Shown here piece after piece: positions 10,055-22,924 of a stretch of DNA of 64,000 bases. Numbering within the stretch: the stretch's first letter is position 1; each line of letters begins with the position of its first letter. The stretch is from an uncultured Gemmatimonadales bacterium (GTDB lineage: Bacteria > Gemmatimonadota > Gemmatimonadetes > Gemmatimonadales > GWC2-71-9). The notes beneath the pieces are model-generated. The model ran no database searches, was not told the origin of the DNA, and saw only the letters and a program-made list of their open reading frames with translations. The translations under genes and the position numbers were made by a program. The stretch is taken from positions 262,960-326,959 of the forward strand of contig CAWJVX010000001.1 of assembly GCA_963846435.1 (NCBI GenBank). Direction: 5' to 3'.

Positions 10055-10204
10055 GGCAGGCGGTAGAGGGTAGGCGGGAAGGTTCCTCATCCCGAGCGAG
10101 TGATAGCGAACGAGGGACCTACTCCACTTGTTCCAGATGCTTGCGGAGTAGGTCCCTCGCTACGCTTTCCCGATCCCCTCGCTTGTTGGCTCGGGGCAGG
10201 CTCT
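10055..10204. repeat. REP-like palindromic element with type-B sub-element
   Basis: 15-bp perfect IR cgagggacctactcc (10111-10125)/ggagtaggtccctcg (10145-10159); cccctcgcttgttggctcggggcaggctct at 10175-10204. Confidence 0.75.
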
Positions 10205-10209
10205 TCCCG

Positions 10210-10788
10210 CTAGTTCCCGCCGAACCTTACGCCTAGAGTGATCGGAATGAACTGCGCATCCGTTCCATCGCTGAAGACGTTGTGGAAGCGCCCTTCAACG
10301 AACAGGCCCACGGCACCGGCCTTGATGTCGAATCCGGCTCCGCCGTTCAGGCCGAAATCGGTGCCGGTGTTGCCGGTGTTGCCGACTCCCGGCCCGGCGA
10401 CATCGTCGCCGCTGACTTGCTTGAAGTTATAGATGCCGACTCCGCCGATCAGATACGGGCGGAAGGTGCTCTCTTCGGAGGTCTTGAACTTGTAGATCAG
10501 GTTTGCCGTTCCCTGGAGGATCTGGCTGGTACGGTCGCCAGGGATGATGTCTTCATTCTTGAGCCGCTGGTACATGCCGTCGATCTGAATCCCCAAGGGA
10601 AATGAGCTCGGGGCAAACGACACGGCGACCAGACCGTGAAATCCTGTCTTGGTGAAGTCGCTAAAGTCGCTTAGCGGCACCGTAGCTCCGCCACCCAGCG
10701 AAAACTCGGCACCTTGTGCGTGAGCAACGGGTGCACTGAGCAGCATTCCAACCGCGAGTGCTACAGCACCCTTTACTAGCCCCCTCAT
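10210..10788 (-). CDS. Outer membrane beta-barrel protein (8-stranded OmpA/OmpW-like fold)
   Basis: Signal peptide ending AHA-Q, amphipathic strands, RPYLIGGVG, terminal strand PITLGVRF. Confidence 0.85.
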   Translation of the reverse strand: MRGLVKGAVALAVGMLLSAPVAHAQGAEFSLGGGATVPLSDFSDFTKTGFHGLVAVSFAPSSFPLGIQIDGMYQRLKNEDIIPGDRTSQILQGTANLIYKFKTSEESTFRPYLIGGVGIYNFKQVSGDDVAGPGVGNTGNTGTDFGLNGGAGFDIKAGAVGLFVEGRFHNVFSDGTDAQFIPITLGVRFGGN

Positions 10789-11054
10789 ATCATCCTCCTT
10801 AGTGGCAAGGTATCAGCTCCAACGGGGTTGTTCAGAGGGGAAGGTAAGTGCTGCCTGTTGAGGTACCAGTGAGCCGGGTCACAATGTTCGTCACGGCATG
10901 GAATTCCCATTTCCCCGCTTGCGCAGGATCAACCGAAGAATCAGCGAACCCAGGAGCACCACGATTGCGCCCCAGGCCAGTCGCGGCTCGCCGAGGGCCA
11001 CCCCGAGCGCGGCCAGCACGAACCCGCAGATAGCCAGCCCCAGCCGCAGTTGAT

Positions 11055-11820
11055 TCACGGTCGGAGAAACCGGACCAGGGCATCCCGAAAGTCGGGCGTG
11101 CTTCTCGCCACGGCGTTGACCCGGGCACCCAGCTCGATCCCCTCGGCCAGGCTCTTCCCATCCAGCTCATAGAAGAGCCGCTTGGTGAGCGCCAGCGCCG
11201 AGGCGCTCGACGCCGCCAGACGGGCCGCCAGGGCGTTGCCCTCCCGCTCCAGCTCGGCATCCGGCACCACCCGGCTGACCAGGCCCGCCGCCATGGCCTC
11301 CTCAGCGGGCAGAACCCGGCCGGTGAGGATCAGGTCCAGCGCGAGCTTCTCACCCGTGAGCCGACGGAGCAGGGTGGTGACCATGGCGGGAACAAAGCCC
11401 CGTTGGATTTCGGGATAGCCGACCTGGGCGCTCTTCGCTGCCATCAGGAGGTCGCAGGCCGTGGCCAGACCGGCGCCGCCGGCCAACGCCCGTCCCTGTA
11501 CCAGCGCAATCACCGGCTGGGGCAGCGCTCGCAGCTTCTCGAACAGCAGGCCCAGGCGAAGGGCGGATGCGGCGTTCTCGTCCTCGGACTTATCGGCCGA
11601 GGCGAGCAGCTCGTCCAGATCGGCTCCGGCACAGAAGTCCTTCCCCGCCCCGCGAATCAGTACCACCCGCGCGCCGCTCTCGAGATCGGCCCGGTGGAGT
11701 GCCTCATGCAACAACTCGATCATCTCGGAGCTGAGCGCGTTGCGCTTGGCGGGGCGATTCAGCGTGATGCCGAAAACGCCGTTCTCGAGCGACGGTGAGG
11801 ACGGAGGACTCGGGCGTCAT
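11055..11820 (-). CDS. Enoyl-CoA hydratase/isomerase (methylglutaconyl-CoA hydratase-like); frameshift near 11790
   Basis: ITLNRPAKRNALS, FCAGADL, ALAGGAGL, PEIQRG. Confidence 0.88.
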
Positions 11821-12226
11821 TTCGAGCCGCGCGGTTCAACCGGCGGGCCAGCGCCGCGGGAACCGGGATTTCCATCCGGAGCAGCGCGGTGGAGTAGACC
11901 TTTCCCTGGGCATCGGTCTTGAGGGAGATGGTTCCACCGCCGTCGAGCGCGCCGTGCAGCAGAAAGTTCAGCGCATTGAGGTTGGGCAGCTCGAACCGCT
12001 CGACCCCGGTCACCATTCCCTTGAAGTGCCGGGCGACTCGCGCCACGGTCACCTCCCGCTGCAGCAGAGGGTAGTACTCCGGCTCCAGCGCAATCAGCCC
12101 TACGTTGGCAGTGTCGCCCTTGTCGCCGGAGCGGGCGTGCGCGAGGTACCGCAGTTGGACGGATGGACGGGCGGACGGGCGGACAGTCTTGGACTTGGAT
12201 TGCCGCTTTTTGCTATTGGATGACAT
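11759..12226 (-). CDS. AtuA-related small ferredoxin-fold protein (3' end uncertain, probably ~11817)
   Basis: AHARSGDKGD.ANVG, RFELPNLNALNF, LDGGG..SLKTDAQGK. Confidence 0.85.
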   Translation of the reverse strand: MSSNSKKRQSKSKTVRPSARPSVQLRYLAHARSGDKGDTANVGLIALEPEYYPLLQREVTVARVARHFKGMVTGVERFELPNLNALNFLLHGALDGGGTISLKTDAQGKVYSTALLRMEIPVPAALARRLNRAARNDARVLRPHRRSRTAFSASR

Positions 12227-12280
12227 CCCAATCCTCTCTGGACCGCCACGGAAGGGGTCGCCCGGTGGTTCTGCTCCGGC

Positions 12281-12377
12281 ACAAAAGAACGCAGTGCCTC
12301 CGCAGAACCAACCGGTCTCGAGTCGAAGCATAACCAAAGCGGTGCGGAGACCTCGCCGAAGGACTGCGTTCTTTTGT
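12281..12377. repeat. Intra-operon long inverted repeat
   Basis: 15-bp perfect IR acaaaagaacgcagt/actgcgttcttttgt with inner ctccgca/tgcggag. Confidence 0.7.
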
Positions 12378-12416
12378 CCGAAGGCGAGGCTCGCACCGCG
12401 CCCCCCAGCATCGAAG

Positions 12417-13841
12417 CTAGGCTGAAAGAATCTCTACCTTGACGCCCGGCTCCACTTGCTTGCGATCGATGAGGGCCGGCCAATAGGCTACGACCTCCTC
12501 GACGGCGGGCCGCCCGCCGGCGAAGCCGGTGACACTGGGTGGGCCGGTCAAAACCAGCGGCGCGATCTCGCGGGTGAACCGCTCGACCGGAGCGCGATCC
12601 TTGGCCCGCACGCCGACTCGAAGCTGGATCTCGGGAGCGTCCGGGTCGGGGGGACCACTCAGCGCACCGTGCGTGGCATTGGCGCCCACGAACTCGGTCA
12701 GGATCTGCTCGAACTCGAGGCCCAGGTCCTTCAGCCGCTCGCGGAGAATGCGGTCGGCGGCGCGCGCCTTGTCGTAGGCCTCAGGCCAGGAATACACCAG
12801 AGTCCCGACTGCCTTGTAGCCGTAGAAGTAGGCGACGGAGACCTTGAGCAGCGGAGTCCGCGGGCCGCCCCGGATTCCGCTGACCCGAACCCGGTCGCGC
12901 CCCGCCTGCTTCAGCTGAATGCTGGTGAAGTCGGCGACGCCGTCGGGCGTGATGTAGGCATGAGGATCGCCCATCTCGTAGACCAACTGCTCGCTGACCG
13001 AGGCGACCGATACCACACCACCGGTCCCTGGATGCTTGGTGACCACGAAGCTGCCATCGGGAGAGGCCTCGACGATGGGGAAGCCAGGATCACCCAATCC
13101 CTTCACCGCCCGCCAGTCCTTCAGGAGGTTGCCGCCGGAGCATTGCGCGCCGCACTCGATGATGTGTCCCGCCACCGTGCCTGCGGCCACCTTGTCCCAA
13201 TCCTCGGTGGGCCAGCCGAACTCGTGGAAGATCGGTCCCAGCGTGAGCCCGGTATCCGTCACCCGCCCGGTGATCACCACATCGGCACCCCCGCGCAATG
13301 CCTCCACGATGGGGCCCATCCCGAGATACGCGTTGGCCGAGAGGACCCGGTCCCGGATGTCGGCGAGCGGGCGTCCGGTCTCCATATTGTTGAGCGGATG
13401 GCCCGCGGCGATCAGCTCATCCAGCCGGCCGAGCAGGTCGTCACCCGTCACCAGCCCCACCTTGAGCCTCCCCGACAACCCCAGGCGACGAGCCACCTCC
13501 AGCACCGCCTCGGCGCAGCCGCGCGGGTTCACCCCGCCCGCGTTCGAGGTGACCTTGATGTTCTTCTCGACGATGTCCGGCAGGATCCGCTCCATCAGCG
13601 GAACGAAATCGCGCGCGTAGCCGGCCTTGGGGTCGCGTGATTTCTGCTTCTGCATGATGGACATGGTCACCTCGGCCAGGTAGTCCATCATCAAATAGTC
13701 TATCGGCCCGCCCCGGACCTGGCGCACCGGCGCCTCGAGCCAGTCCCCCCAGAACCCCTGCCCGGCGGCAACCCGGACCACGCGTGGTGGCCACTCGCGA
13801 CTGGTGACCGGCGACTGGGGACTGGTGACTGCTTTAGTCAT
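12417..13841 (-). CDS. Acyclic terpene utilization AtuA family protein (DUF1446)
   Basis: [49 protein letters not shown]. Confidence 0.9.
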   Translation of the reverse strand: MTKAVTSPQSPVTSREWPPRVVRVAAGQGFWGDWLEAPVRQVRGGPIDYLMMDYLAEVTMSIMQKQKSRDPKAGYARDFVPLMERILPDIVEKNIKVTSNAGGVNPRGCAEAVLEVARRLGLSGRLKVGLVTGDDLLGRLDELIAAGHPLNNMETGRPLADIRDRVLSANAYLGMGPIVEALRGGADVVITGRVTDTGLTLGPIFHEFGWPTEDWDKVAAGTVAGHIIECGAQCSGGNLLKDWRAVKGLGDPGFPIVEASPDGSFVVTKHPGTGGVVSVASVSEQLVYEMGDPHAYITPDGVADFTSIQLKQAGRDRVRVSGIRGGPRTPLLKVSVAYFYGYKAVGTLVYSWPEAYDKARAADRILRERLKDLGLEFEQILTEFVGANATHGALSGPPDPDAPEIQLRVGVRAKDRAPVERFTREIAPLVLTGPPSVTGFAGGRPAVEEVVAYWPALIDRKQVEPGVKVEILSA

Positions 13842-16741
13842 CGCCCGGGCACTGGCTCTGGAAGCGAAAGGCCACTTTCCCGGGTCCAGGTGTGCTCCGC
13901 CGCCCGGGCCACCAGGATCCCGAGCGGAAAGAATCCGTCTCCCAGCGGCCAGGGGCTCTCGGGCACCGGAAAAACCACCGAGGCGTTCCTGGATGGTGCG
14001 ACGGTGACCGTCGCTTCGCTCACCTGCCGGGGCTGGAGCGTGACGGCCGAGTCGGCGTAGAGCCGGATTGCGGCTCGAAGCATCCACTGCTGGTCATCAT
14101 TCGGATCGGCAAAGCCGGGAAAGAGTCCCAGCTCCACCGGCATGTCGCCGTGGCCCTCAGGCAGCGCCGCCTGTAGCCGTCCCACGGCGTAGTTCAACGG
14201 TCCCTTGGCAATCTGTCTGCCGACCGAGTCGAACAGGGTGACGCCGAAGTCGGTGAACTTCCCCCACTGCGCCCGGTCCATGGTGATATCCACCAGCACC
14301 GACTTGGCCCACGCCGGAGCCACGAAGGGAATCCGCTTTGTCGCCGAGCCGCGGGCGAGTACGGTTTCCACCCGCTCGCCACCCCCGAGCAGCACCGCCA
14401 CCTCCGCCTGCACCGGTGCAGCAGTGGCATTGGACAGGGTGGCCACGGCCTCGTTGTCATTCCGGGTCAGGTGCAGCCGGAGAGGAGACTGGGTTACCTG
14501 CACGCCGACGTTGATTGCCTGAGGCGTGGGCGCAACCGCCACCACCTCGTAGGTTCCCCTGACCGCGTCGCGCCCGTCCACCTGATAAACCGCCGCTCCA
14601 CTCCCGCCGCCGATCGGACGCACGGCCTCGTCCCGGTAGGGCATGCCGTTCGGTTCATGCAGGAAGGCGAGCCCCTTCTCTGCCGGGCCTCTGCTGGAGA
14701 CCCGCACTTGGAATGGGCGGGCGCTGTCGGCCCGGAAGAAGGTGCCCACCGATCCGCCGGATTCCAGCTTCACCCCGGATCTGAGCTCACTCGCCCCGGC
14801 TGTCGCTGGTACCGGTACGACAATCGTGTTGACCAACCGGAACGCGGGACCCGCAAGCGTGTCGGCTCCCCACCCTGTGATCGTGCCCACGTAGGCGCCG
14901 GGCGGTTTCAGAGCGGCGAGATCGTATCGGACCTGCACCGTACCCCTGGCGCCGGTGAGGGTCACCCTGGCGGGCGACGTCAGCCACGGTGAATCGCTGC
15001 GCAGGGTGTAGACCGCCGAAGGAGCCGAAGCGGGTCTCAGCAGCTCGAATTGCCGGACTGCCTGAGGGCGGGCACCGGCACCGATCTCCTGGTAGGCGGC
15101 ATTTACGCCCGGACTTCCGGCGACCCGCACCATGATGTCCGGAATCACCCGATTGCCTTGCAGCCAGCGATAGGCGGCCTCGATGTCGGGCAATCCGGTG
15201 CCCTCGTCCACGAAGGTTTCCCCCGCCAGCGGCCTGGCGGTCACCATCAGCGCCTGCTTGATCGCCCTGGCATCGATGGAACGCTTCTCCTGCACCGCCG
15301 CCGAGACGAGCAGCGCGCAGAGCCCGGCCGCATGGGGCCCTGCCATGCTGGTGCCCTGCGCGATCTCCTGTCCCGTGTTCCACCGGGGCACCGCGGAATA
15401 GGCCACTCCGGGAGTGACGATCTCCGGCTTGGCCAGCTCGGCGCCTCTGGAGCTGAAATAGGCCAGCTGGTCCTCGGGACGCGCGCCGCTGCGATCGGGC
15501 AGCAGAAAGGTCCCCGGCACGGTGGCCCCCACGCCGATGGCGCGTCGCGCCGAGCCGGGGAATCCGACGGTCGAGAGACCCGGCCCATCATTGCCGACGC
15601 TGATGGTGAACACCAGCTCGGGATGGGCCGCGAGCACCGAATCGATCAGGGCGTCGATGCGGGCCTGACCCTCGATCTCGTTGCCCACACCGAAGCTCAG
15701 ATTCAAGATCAGCGGAAGCCGGCGCGCCTGCCGCGAACCGGATGGCGTAGTCCATCGCGCGCATCATGCTGCCGGTGGTGGTGATGCTCCCCTGAGCGCT
15801 GTTGGCGATCTTGAGGCCGAGCAGTTGTGCGCCGGGTGCAACCCCGTCGAACCCGCCCACGCCGTAGAGATCGTTGCCCGCGGCAATGCCGGCGACATGC
15901 GACCCGTGGCCGTAGCTGTCGAAGACGAGATCGAGCTCGGGCTCCGTCCCTCTCGCCGAAAAATTGGCGGCCACGGTGAGCAACGGCTTGCGTCCCCGCG
16001 CGGCCCAGGCGAAGGTCTCCCGAGCCTGGAGGTAGTCGTGCACCGGGCGCTCTCCAGCAAGGGAGCGATCGCCGTCGGTATCCGCAAAGACCACCCACCC
16101 ATCGCTGGCGCGGGTGACCACCAGGATCAGGCTGTCTCCCACCGTCCCGTTGCCATTCAGATCGGAGGCCGGCGGCAGGCCCAGTGGCAGCTCGCTGATC
16201 AGGCCGGCGTAGTACGGACCCTGGGTGTTGAGCGCCGTCACCCGGCCGAATCCGCCCAGCTTCCGTCCGGCAAACTCCACCGAGTCGCCCACCGGTGTGA
16301 TGCGCCGCAAGGGCACCGCGCCCTCATCCGAGAAATCCCGCAGGTCGAGCAGCTTGGGGGTGTCGGTCGAAGTCCGGCTCAGTCCCGGGATCCCCGGATC
16401 GATACCGGTATCGAGGATGCCGATGAGCACGCCGCGGCCGTCGAATGTCGGGTGGCTCCGCAGGAAGTCGTTGACCCCGGTGCTGGCGAGCGGCATCCAG
16501 CCATGCGCGTAGGCGGCCTCGGGCGGAACCACCGGCTGAAGGGTGTCGTACGGATCGCCGGCACCGAGGCCGTGGGTGGCACCGGCCATCCTTGGGCGGC
16601 AGCCGGCCCGGATCGATGTTCGGCTTGGGCAGCGGCAGCTCGGGCTCGGACCGTTTGGGCTCCGGTGGCTTGGGCTCCGGCTGTTTGGGCGCACGCGAGC
16701 GCGAACGCCAGCGCAGCGAGGGTCATACGCAGCGAGGGCAT
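13838..16741 (-). CDS. S8 subtilase, tripeptidyl-peptidase II-like, probable lipoprotein; frameshifts near 15725 and 16560-16690
   Basis: [18 protein letters not shown] (Asp), [11 protein letters not shown] (His), [19 protein letters not shown] (Ser); N-terminal ALAFALAC. Confidence 0.85.
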
Positions 16742-16748
16742 GCTGCTC

Positions 16749-16981
16749 CTTGTGTAGTGTCGCCAAAGTATCGTGCCATAGTCGACGATGGGGCCGGCAG
16801 CGGCACTGGGATGAGCCCGACGGCTGAGCGCAAGGGGTGTGGCGGGGGGAAGTCGGCGCTCGAAGCCGAAGGGGCTCGCCCAGAACGCTGCCGCCCCGCG
16901 CAGGCGCCACGCCCCCGGACAGGAGTGCGCCAGGTCCTCGCAAGGTCAACTAGTGAAGGAGATTTGGCGACACTACACTAG
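16749..16981. mobile_element. MITE-like element with 16-bp perfect terminal inverted repeats (18/19 when extended)
   Basis: gtgtagtgtcgccaaa (16752-16767) / tttggcgacactacac (16963-16978); no credible internal ORF. Confidence 0.65.
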
Positions 16982-18609
16982 CGGGTGATCGCCGCATCGA
17001 GCGGCGGGAGAACGAACGGGCCGAGGTGCGGGCCGGCGTAGTTGGCGGCGATTCTCAGGGTGAAGGCGAGCTGGTCCCGGGTCTCCTCCGGGGTGAGGAT
17101 GGCGTCCACGAAGCCGCGCGCCCCGGCGAACTTGGCATCCAGCTGCTGCTCGTAATCCGCCCGCATCGAGCTCATCGACGATTTGGCCTCCTTCGATGGC
17201 TCCCGTCCCTCTTGCCGCGCCTTCTCGATCTCGGCCCCGTGCACCGCCATCACCGCCGATTCGCCTTCCATCACCCCCATGCGGCCGGTGGGCCAGGAGA
17301 GGATGAAGTCGGGATCGAAGCCCTGCCCGGCCATGGCGTAGTAACCCGCGCCCGAGGCGTGGTTCACGGTGAGGACGATCTTGGGCACGACGGCGGTGGC
17401 CATGGCCTCCACGAACCTGGCTCCGGCGCGGATGATCCCCGACTGCTCCGCCTCGGGGCCGACCATGAACCCGCTCACGTCCTGAATGAAGAGAATGGGT
17501 AGCCGCTCCCGGTTGGCCGTCTCGATGAAGTAGGCCACCTTCTCCGCGCTGCCGGTGTAGACGATGCCGCCGAAGCGGGGACGCTCGCCCTGCTGTCCCT
17601 TGATCACGCCGCGCTGGTTGGCAATCACCGCGACGGGCCGTCCCTCGATATGGGCGTGGCCGCACAGCATCTCCCGAGCTACATCGGGCTGAAATTCGTC
17701 GAGCGCGCCGCCATCCAGGATGCAGGCGAGCACCTGCCGCATGTCGTAGGAGAGCCGGTGATCCGCCGGAAGGATGTCGTAGAGGTCGGATGGCGGACGG
17801 GCGGGCGGGCGGACGGGTTGGAGCCGATGGCTCAGCCCCGAGGTCAGGGGCAGCCGCCCGATGTACTCTCGAATGCGGGCCAGACACTCCGAGTCGTTGG
17901 CGGCCCGGTAGTGGGCCACGGCACTCAGCTCGGTGTGGGTCCGGGCTCCGCCCAGGGTCTCGGAATCGATGGTCTGACCGGTGGCACCCTTCACCAGGTT
18001 CGGTCCACCCAATCCCATGAAGCTGGTTCCCTCGACCATGAAGATCACGTCGGAGAGGGCCGGCAGGTACGCACCCCCCGCGATGCAGCTGCCCATGACC
18101 GCGCTGATCTGGGGGACGTGCAGATACCGGCGCATGATCGAGTTGTAGTAGAAGATCCGGGCCGCGCCGTACTGTCCGGGGAACACCCCGCCCTGATAGG
18201 GCAGGTTCACCCCCGCGCTGTCTACCAGATACACGATCGGAATCCGCTGCCGCATGGCGACTTCCTGGGCCCGGAGGATCTTGCGAATCGTCTCGGGCCA
18301 CCAGGAGCCGGCCTTCACCGTGGCGTCGTTGGCGACCACCACCACCTCGCGGCCCTCGACCACGCCCAGGCCGGTGATGACGCCGGCCCCGGGTGCCTGC
18401 CCCTCGTACTGGTCGTAGGCCACCAGCAGCCCGAGCTCGAGCCAGGGCGTGCCCGGGTCGAGCAGCCCCTGCACCCGCTCCCGGGGAGACAGCTTCCCCT
18501 GCTCGTGCATCTTGGCGACGCGGGCCGGCCCGCCACCCTGCTGCAGTTTCGCGGCGAGCTGTTGGTATTCCTCGGTGAGAGCTCTGAGGCGGCTACCGGC
18601 TGGGCTCAT
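16978..18609 (-). CDS. Acyl-CoA carboxylase carboxyltransferase subunit (MCC/geranyl-CoA carboxylase beta-like)
   Basis: [48 protein letters not shown]. Confidence 0.93.
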   Translation of the reverse strand: MSPAGSRLRALTEEYQQLAAKLQQGGGPARVAKMHEQGKLSPRERVQGLLDPGTPWLELGLLVAYDQYEGQAPGAGVITGLGVVEGREVVVVANDATVKAGSWWPETIRKILRAQEVAMRQRIPIVYLVDSAGVNLPYQGGVFPGQYGAARIFYYNSIMRRYLHVPQISAVMGSCIAGGAYLPALSDVIFMVEGTSFMGLGGPNLVKGATGQTIDSETLGGARTHTELSAVAHYRAANDSECLARIREYIGRLPLTSGLSHRLQPVRPPARPPSDLYDILPADHRLSYDMRQVLACILDGGALDEFQPDVAREMLCGHAHIEGRPVAVIANQRGVIKGQQGERPRFGGIVYTGSAEKVAYFIETANRERLPILFIQDVSGFMVGPEAEQSGIIRAGARFVEAMATAVVPKIVLTVNHASGAGYYAMAGQGFDPDFILSWPTGRMGVMEGESAVMAVHGAEIEKARQEGREPSKEAKSSMSSMRADYEQQLDAKFAGARGFVDAILTPEETRDQLAFTLRIAANYAGPHLGPFVLPPLDAAITR

Positions 18610-19026
18610 GACTCGAGATGAGACTTGGCCCACGTTTGGATGTATTCGATGAGGTCGGTGGTAGGGGTGCCGGGTCCAAACAGCTTGCCGATGCCCAGCT
18701 GCTGAAGCGCGGCCATGTCCTCCGGCGGAATGATCCCCCCGCCGGTGACGAGGGTTTCGGGCCGGCCCATCTCCTGGAGCAGCTGCCGAACCCGGGGAAA
18801 GAGGGTCATGTGGGCGCCGGAAAGAATCGAAAGGCCGACGACGTCCACGTCCTCCTGCACCGCGGCGGTGGCAATCATCTCCGGTGTCTGGTGCAGGCCG
18901 GTGTACACCACCTCCATACCGGCGTCGCGCAGCGCGGCCGCCACCACCTTGGCCCCACGGTCGTGGCCGTCGAGGCCGGGCTTGGCCACCAGCACCCGGA
19001 TGGGCCGGACCTGGGTCCGCGGCCAC
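18606..19026 (-). CDS. Cobalamin-binding small subunit of acyl-CoA mutase (IcmB/MutS-type); start approximate
   Basis: [17 protein letters not shown] (DxHxxG), [20 protein letters not shown]. Confidence 0.93.
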
Positions 19027-19034
19027 GTTAGCGA

Positions 19035-19144
19035 CTGGCGTCCTGAGCGTAGCAAGGATCTCTCCGTGGTCAGGCCGAGCGAGAGTCTTCGCTTCGCGCA
19101 GAAGGATCTCTTGGTGCCCAGGATCCGGCGCTCAGAATGACAAT
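19035..19144. repeat. REP-like palindromic element
   Basis: gtcctgagcgtagcaaggatct ... cttcgcttcgcgcag ... cgctcagaatgaca. Confidence 0.65.
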
Positions 19145-19149
19145 CGCTT

Positions 19150-19904
19150 TCACTGCCGTTCTCCGGGCAAGAGGGCGTCCACCAGCTCGGCTATCGATCC
19201 GGCGGTGCGGCATGGTCGTCCGGGACCGGGACTCGCGGGGGCCAGAAGCACGGCCTCGATTCCAGCCGCCCGGGCGCCGAGCACGTCCACCTCGTAGAGG
19301 TCACCCACATAGAGCGCTTCCTCGGGGCCGACGCCCAGCGCGTCGAGCGCCGCCTGGAAGATCGCGGGATCGGGCTTCTCGACCCCCACCAGACTCGAAT
19401 CGATGACCACGTCGAAATAATCGCGTAGACCGGAAACGGCCAGGGCCTGCTCGACCCGCCCGTCGCTGTTCGACACGATACCGAGACGAAGCCCGGCGGC
19501 CCGGAGCCGGCTCAGCGACTCGTGAGTGCGCTCGTGGATCGAGCACCAGAGATGCCGCTCGAGATGCAACCGCTGGAGGCAGTCGCGCACCTCCGGCATC
19601 CGATCCGGCGGCACGCCGCTGGCCCGAAAGAGCGCTTCCAGGTATATGGCCGCGCGCTCCCCATCCCCTGAGCCCCCTGCCCGTTCCATGGCCTGAGCCG
19701 CCTCGGCCTCATGGGCCGCCAGCCCCGCGCCGGTCAGCGGCAGCCCCAGGGCCGCTCCCACCGCCTGGGCCATTCTGCCGTAATCCAGGAACAGCAGGGT
19801 ATTGCCGGCGTCGAACAGAACCGCGCGAAGCCCCTTCCCCGAGCCAGCAAGCGAGGGGAGGGGCTCCGAGCGGAGCGAGGGGACGGAGTCCGGCAGGTAC
19901 TCAA
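19150..19904 (-). CDS. HAD-superfamily hydrolase (IA); start approximate
   Basis: [36 protein letters not shown]. Confidence 0.88.
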
Positions 19905-21046
19905 CGAAAGCGCAGCAGCGCGGCCAGGCTCTCGATCGAATCCCGAGCCTCGGGCTCGTAGACCACATTGACATCCACTCCCTGCCGCAACGCTTCCTCG
20001 ATGGCGTCGTCCACGATGTCGAGCACCGGCACGGGAGCTCCCTCACCGCCGCATTCCCGCTCGGTCAGCGCCAGGCGCCCGGAGTCGCCGCAGCGAAAGC
20101 CTGCCTCGCTGGCATCGGCGTGCACCAGCAGCGAGCGCACCTGCCCGCGCGACAGTGCCTTCAAGGTCGGGCTCAAGCCGTTGATGCCCCATCCGGTGCC
20201 CACGCCTTCGAGCATCTCATGCACCAATTCCCGCTCCGAGGCTCGCTCATAGGCTTCCCGCACCGCGAGCGTGGCGGAGTGAACCGACGCCGAGGTGGCG
20301 TCCTTCGGATTGAGCCGGACGGTCCCGATCAATCGCTCGGCGAGATAGGAGTGGAGGAAGGGCTCCACCGCCCCGGCGTCCGCACCGGTACCCGCCAGCA
20401 CGATGCCGTGGGCCGGGCGCCGCCGGTCCATGGCGAAGAGCTCCCGGGCGATCGCCTCGAAGTGCCGCTGCTTCTCCTGGCGGATGCGATTGTTGTAGGT
20501 GTGCTCCCCCCAGCCGCTACTCCCGTCGTTGTCGGAGTGGAACCGCTTGCCCCGGGTGGCTTCCGAGTGCAGACCCGACAGCTCGCGGGAATCGTGGGCC
20601 GTCACCTCGAAGAACCGGGCCCGGCTGCGATCCAGCACCACGGTGATCAGGCGGCCAAACTCGTCTTCCACCGACGCGAGCTCGCGCACCTGGGCGCTGC
20701 CATCTATAGAAAGGCGGGAGCGATGCACCACCGGCAGGGCCACGACCTCGAACAGGCCGATCCCCTCACAGGCGAAGACGGCCAGGCCCTGCGTGTGCGG
20801 CAGGCTCGCCGGGTTGCGGACGAACTGGTGTACCCGGTCGAGATCTCGACCCACTTCCTCGGCGATGCGGCGCTCGAGACCCAGCCGCGGCAGGGCCTGG
20901 ACCGCCGCTTTCATCCGGTTCTTGACCTTGATCAGGTATTTGCCCCGGGACCGGTCGCGCGGCTCGAGCTTCAGATAGAAGGACACCACCCGGTGGTTTC
21001 CAGGCTGAACCCGGGTGAGCCGATCCAGGAGCTCGGCCGACGGCAA
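19901..21046 (-). CDS. Bacterial aeRF1/pelota-like (baeRF) protein
   Basis: VVSFYL N-domain, GLAVFAC, VVLDRSRARFF RNase-H-like core, IVLAG, C-terminal L7Ae-like domain (LSRGQVRSLL; CGDSG..ECG; DAIEEALRQG; LAALLRF). Confidence 0.8.
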   Translation of the reverse strand: MPSAELLDRLTRVQPGNHRVVSFYLKLEPRDRSRGKYLIKVKNRMKAAVQALPRLGLERRIAEEVGRDLDRVHQFVRNPASLPHTQGLAVFACEGIGLFEVVALPVVHRSRLSIDGSAQVRELASVEDEFGRLITVVLDRSRARFFEVTAHDSRELSGLHSEATRGKRFHSDNDGSSGWGEHTYNNRIRQEKQRHFEAIARELFAMDRRRPAHGIVLAGTGADAGAVEPFLHSYLAERLIGTVRLNPKDATSASVHSATLAVREAYERASERELVHEMLEGVGTGWGINGLSPTLKALSRGQVRSLLVHADASEAGFRCGDSGRLALTERECGGEGAPVPVLDIVDDAIEEALRQGVDVNVVYEPEARDSIESLAALLRFR

Positions 21047-21087
21047 TTGGACCGCCGCTGCCGGGCGGGAGCCATTCTGTCCATTCG

Positions 21088-21214
21088 GTCTCGCTTGCTG
21101 GCTCGGGGCGAACTCTGCCTGCGCCTCCGGTGCCCCTCGCTTGTTGCTCGGGGCAGGCTCTTCGGTCCAGACTCTTTCCGCCCTGTCCGTCCTCTCCGCC
21201 CTCTCCGTCCTTCC
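21088..21214. repeat. Two type-B REP-like units plus a nonamer tract
   Basis: tcgcttgctggctcggggcgaactct and cccctcgcttgttgctcggggcaggctct; (tccgccctc)-like repeats. Confidence 0.65.
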
Positions 21215-22920
<1,706 letters not shown>

Positions 22921-22924
<4 letters not shown>

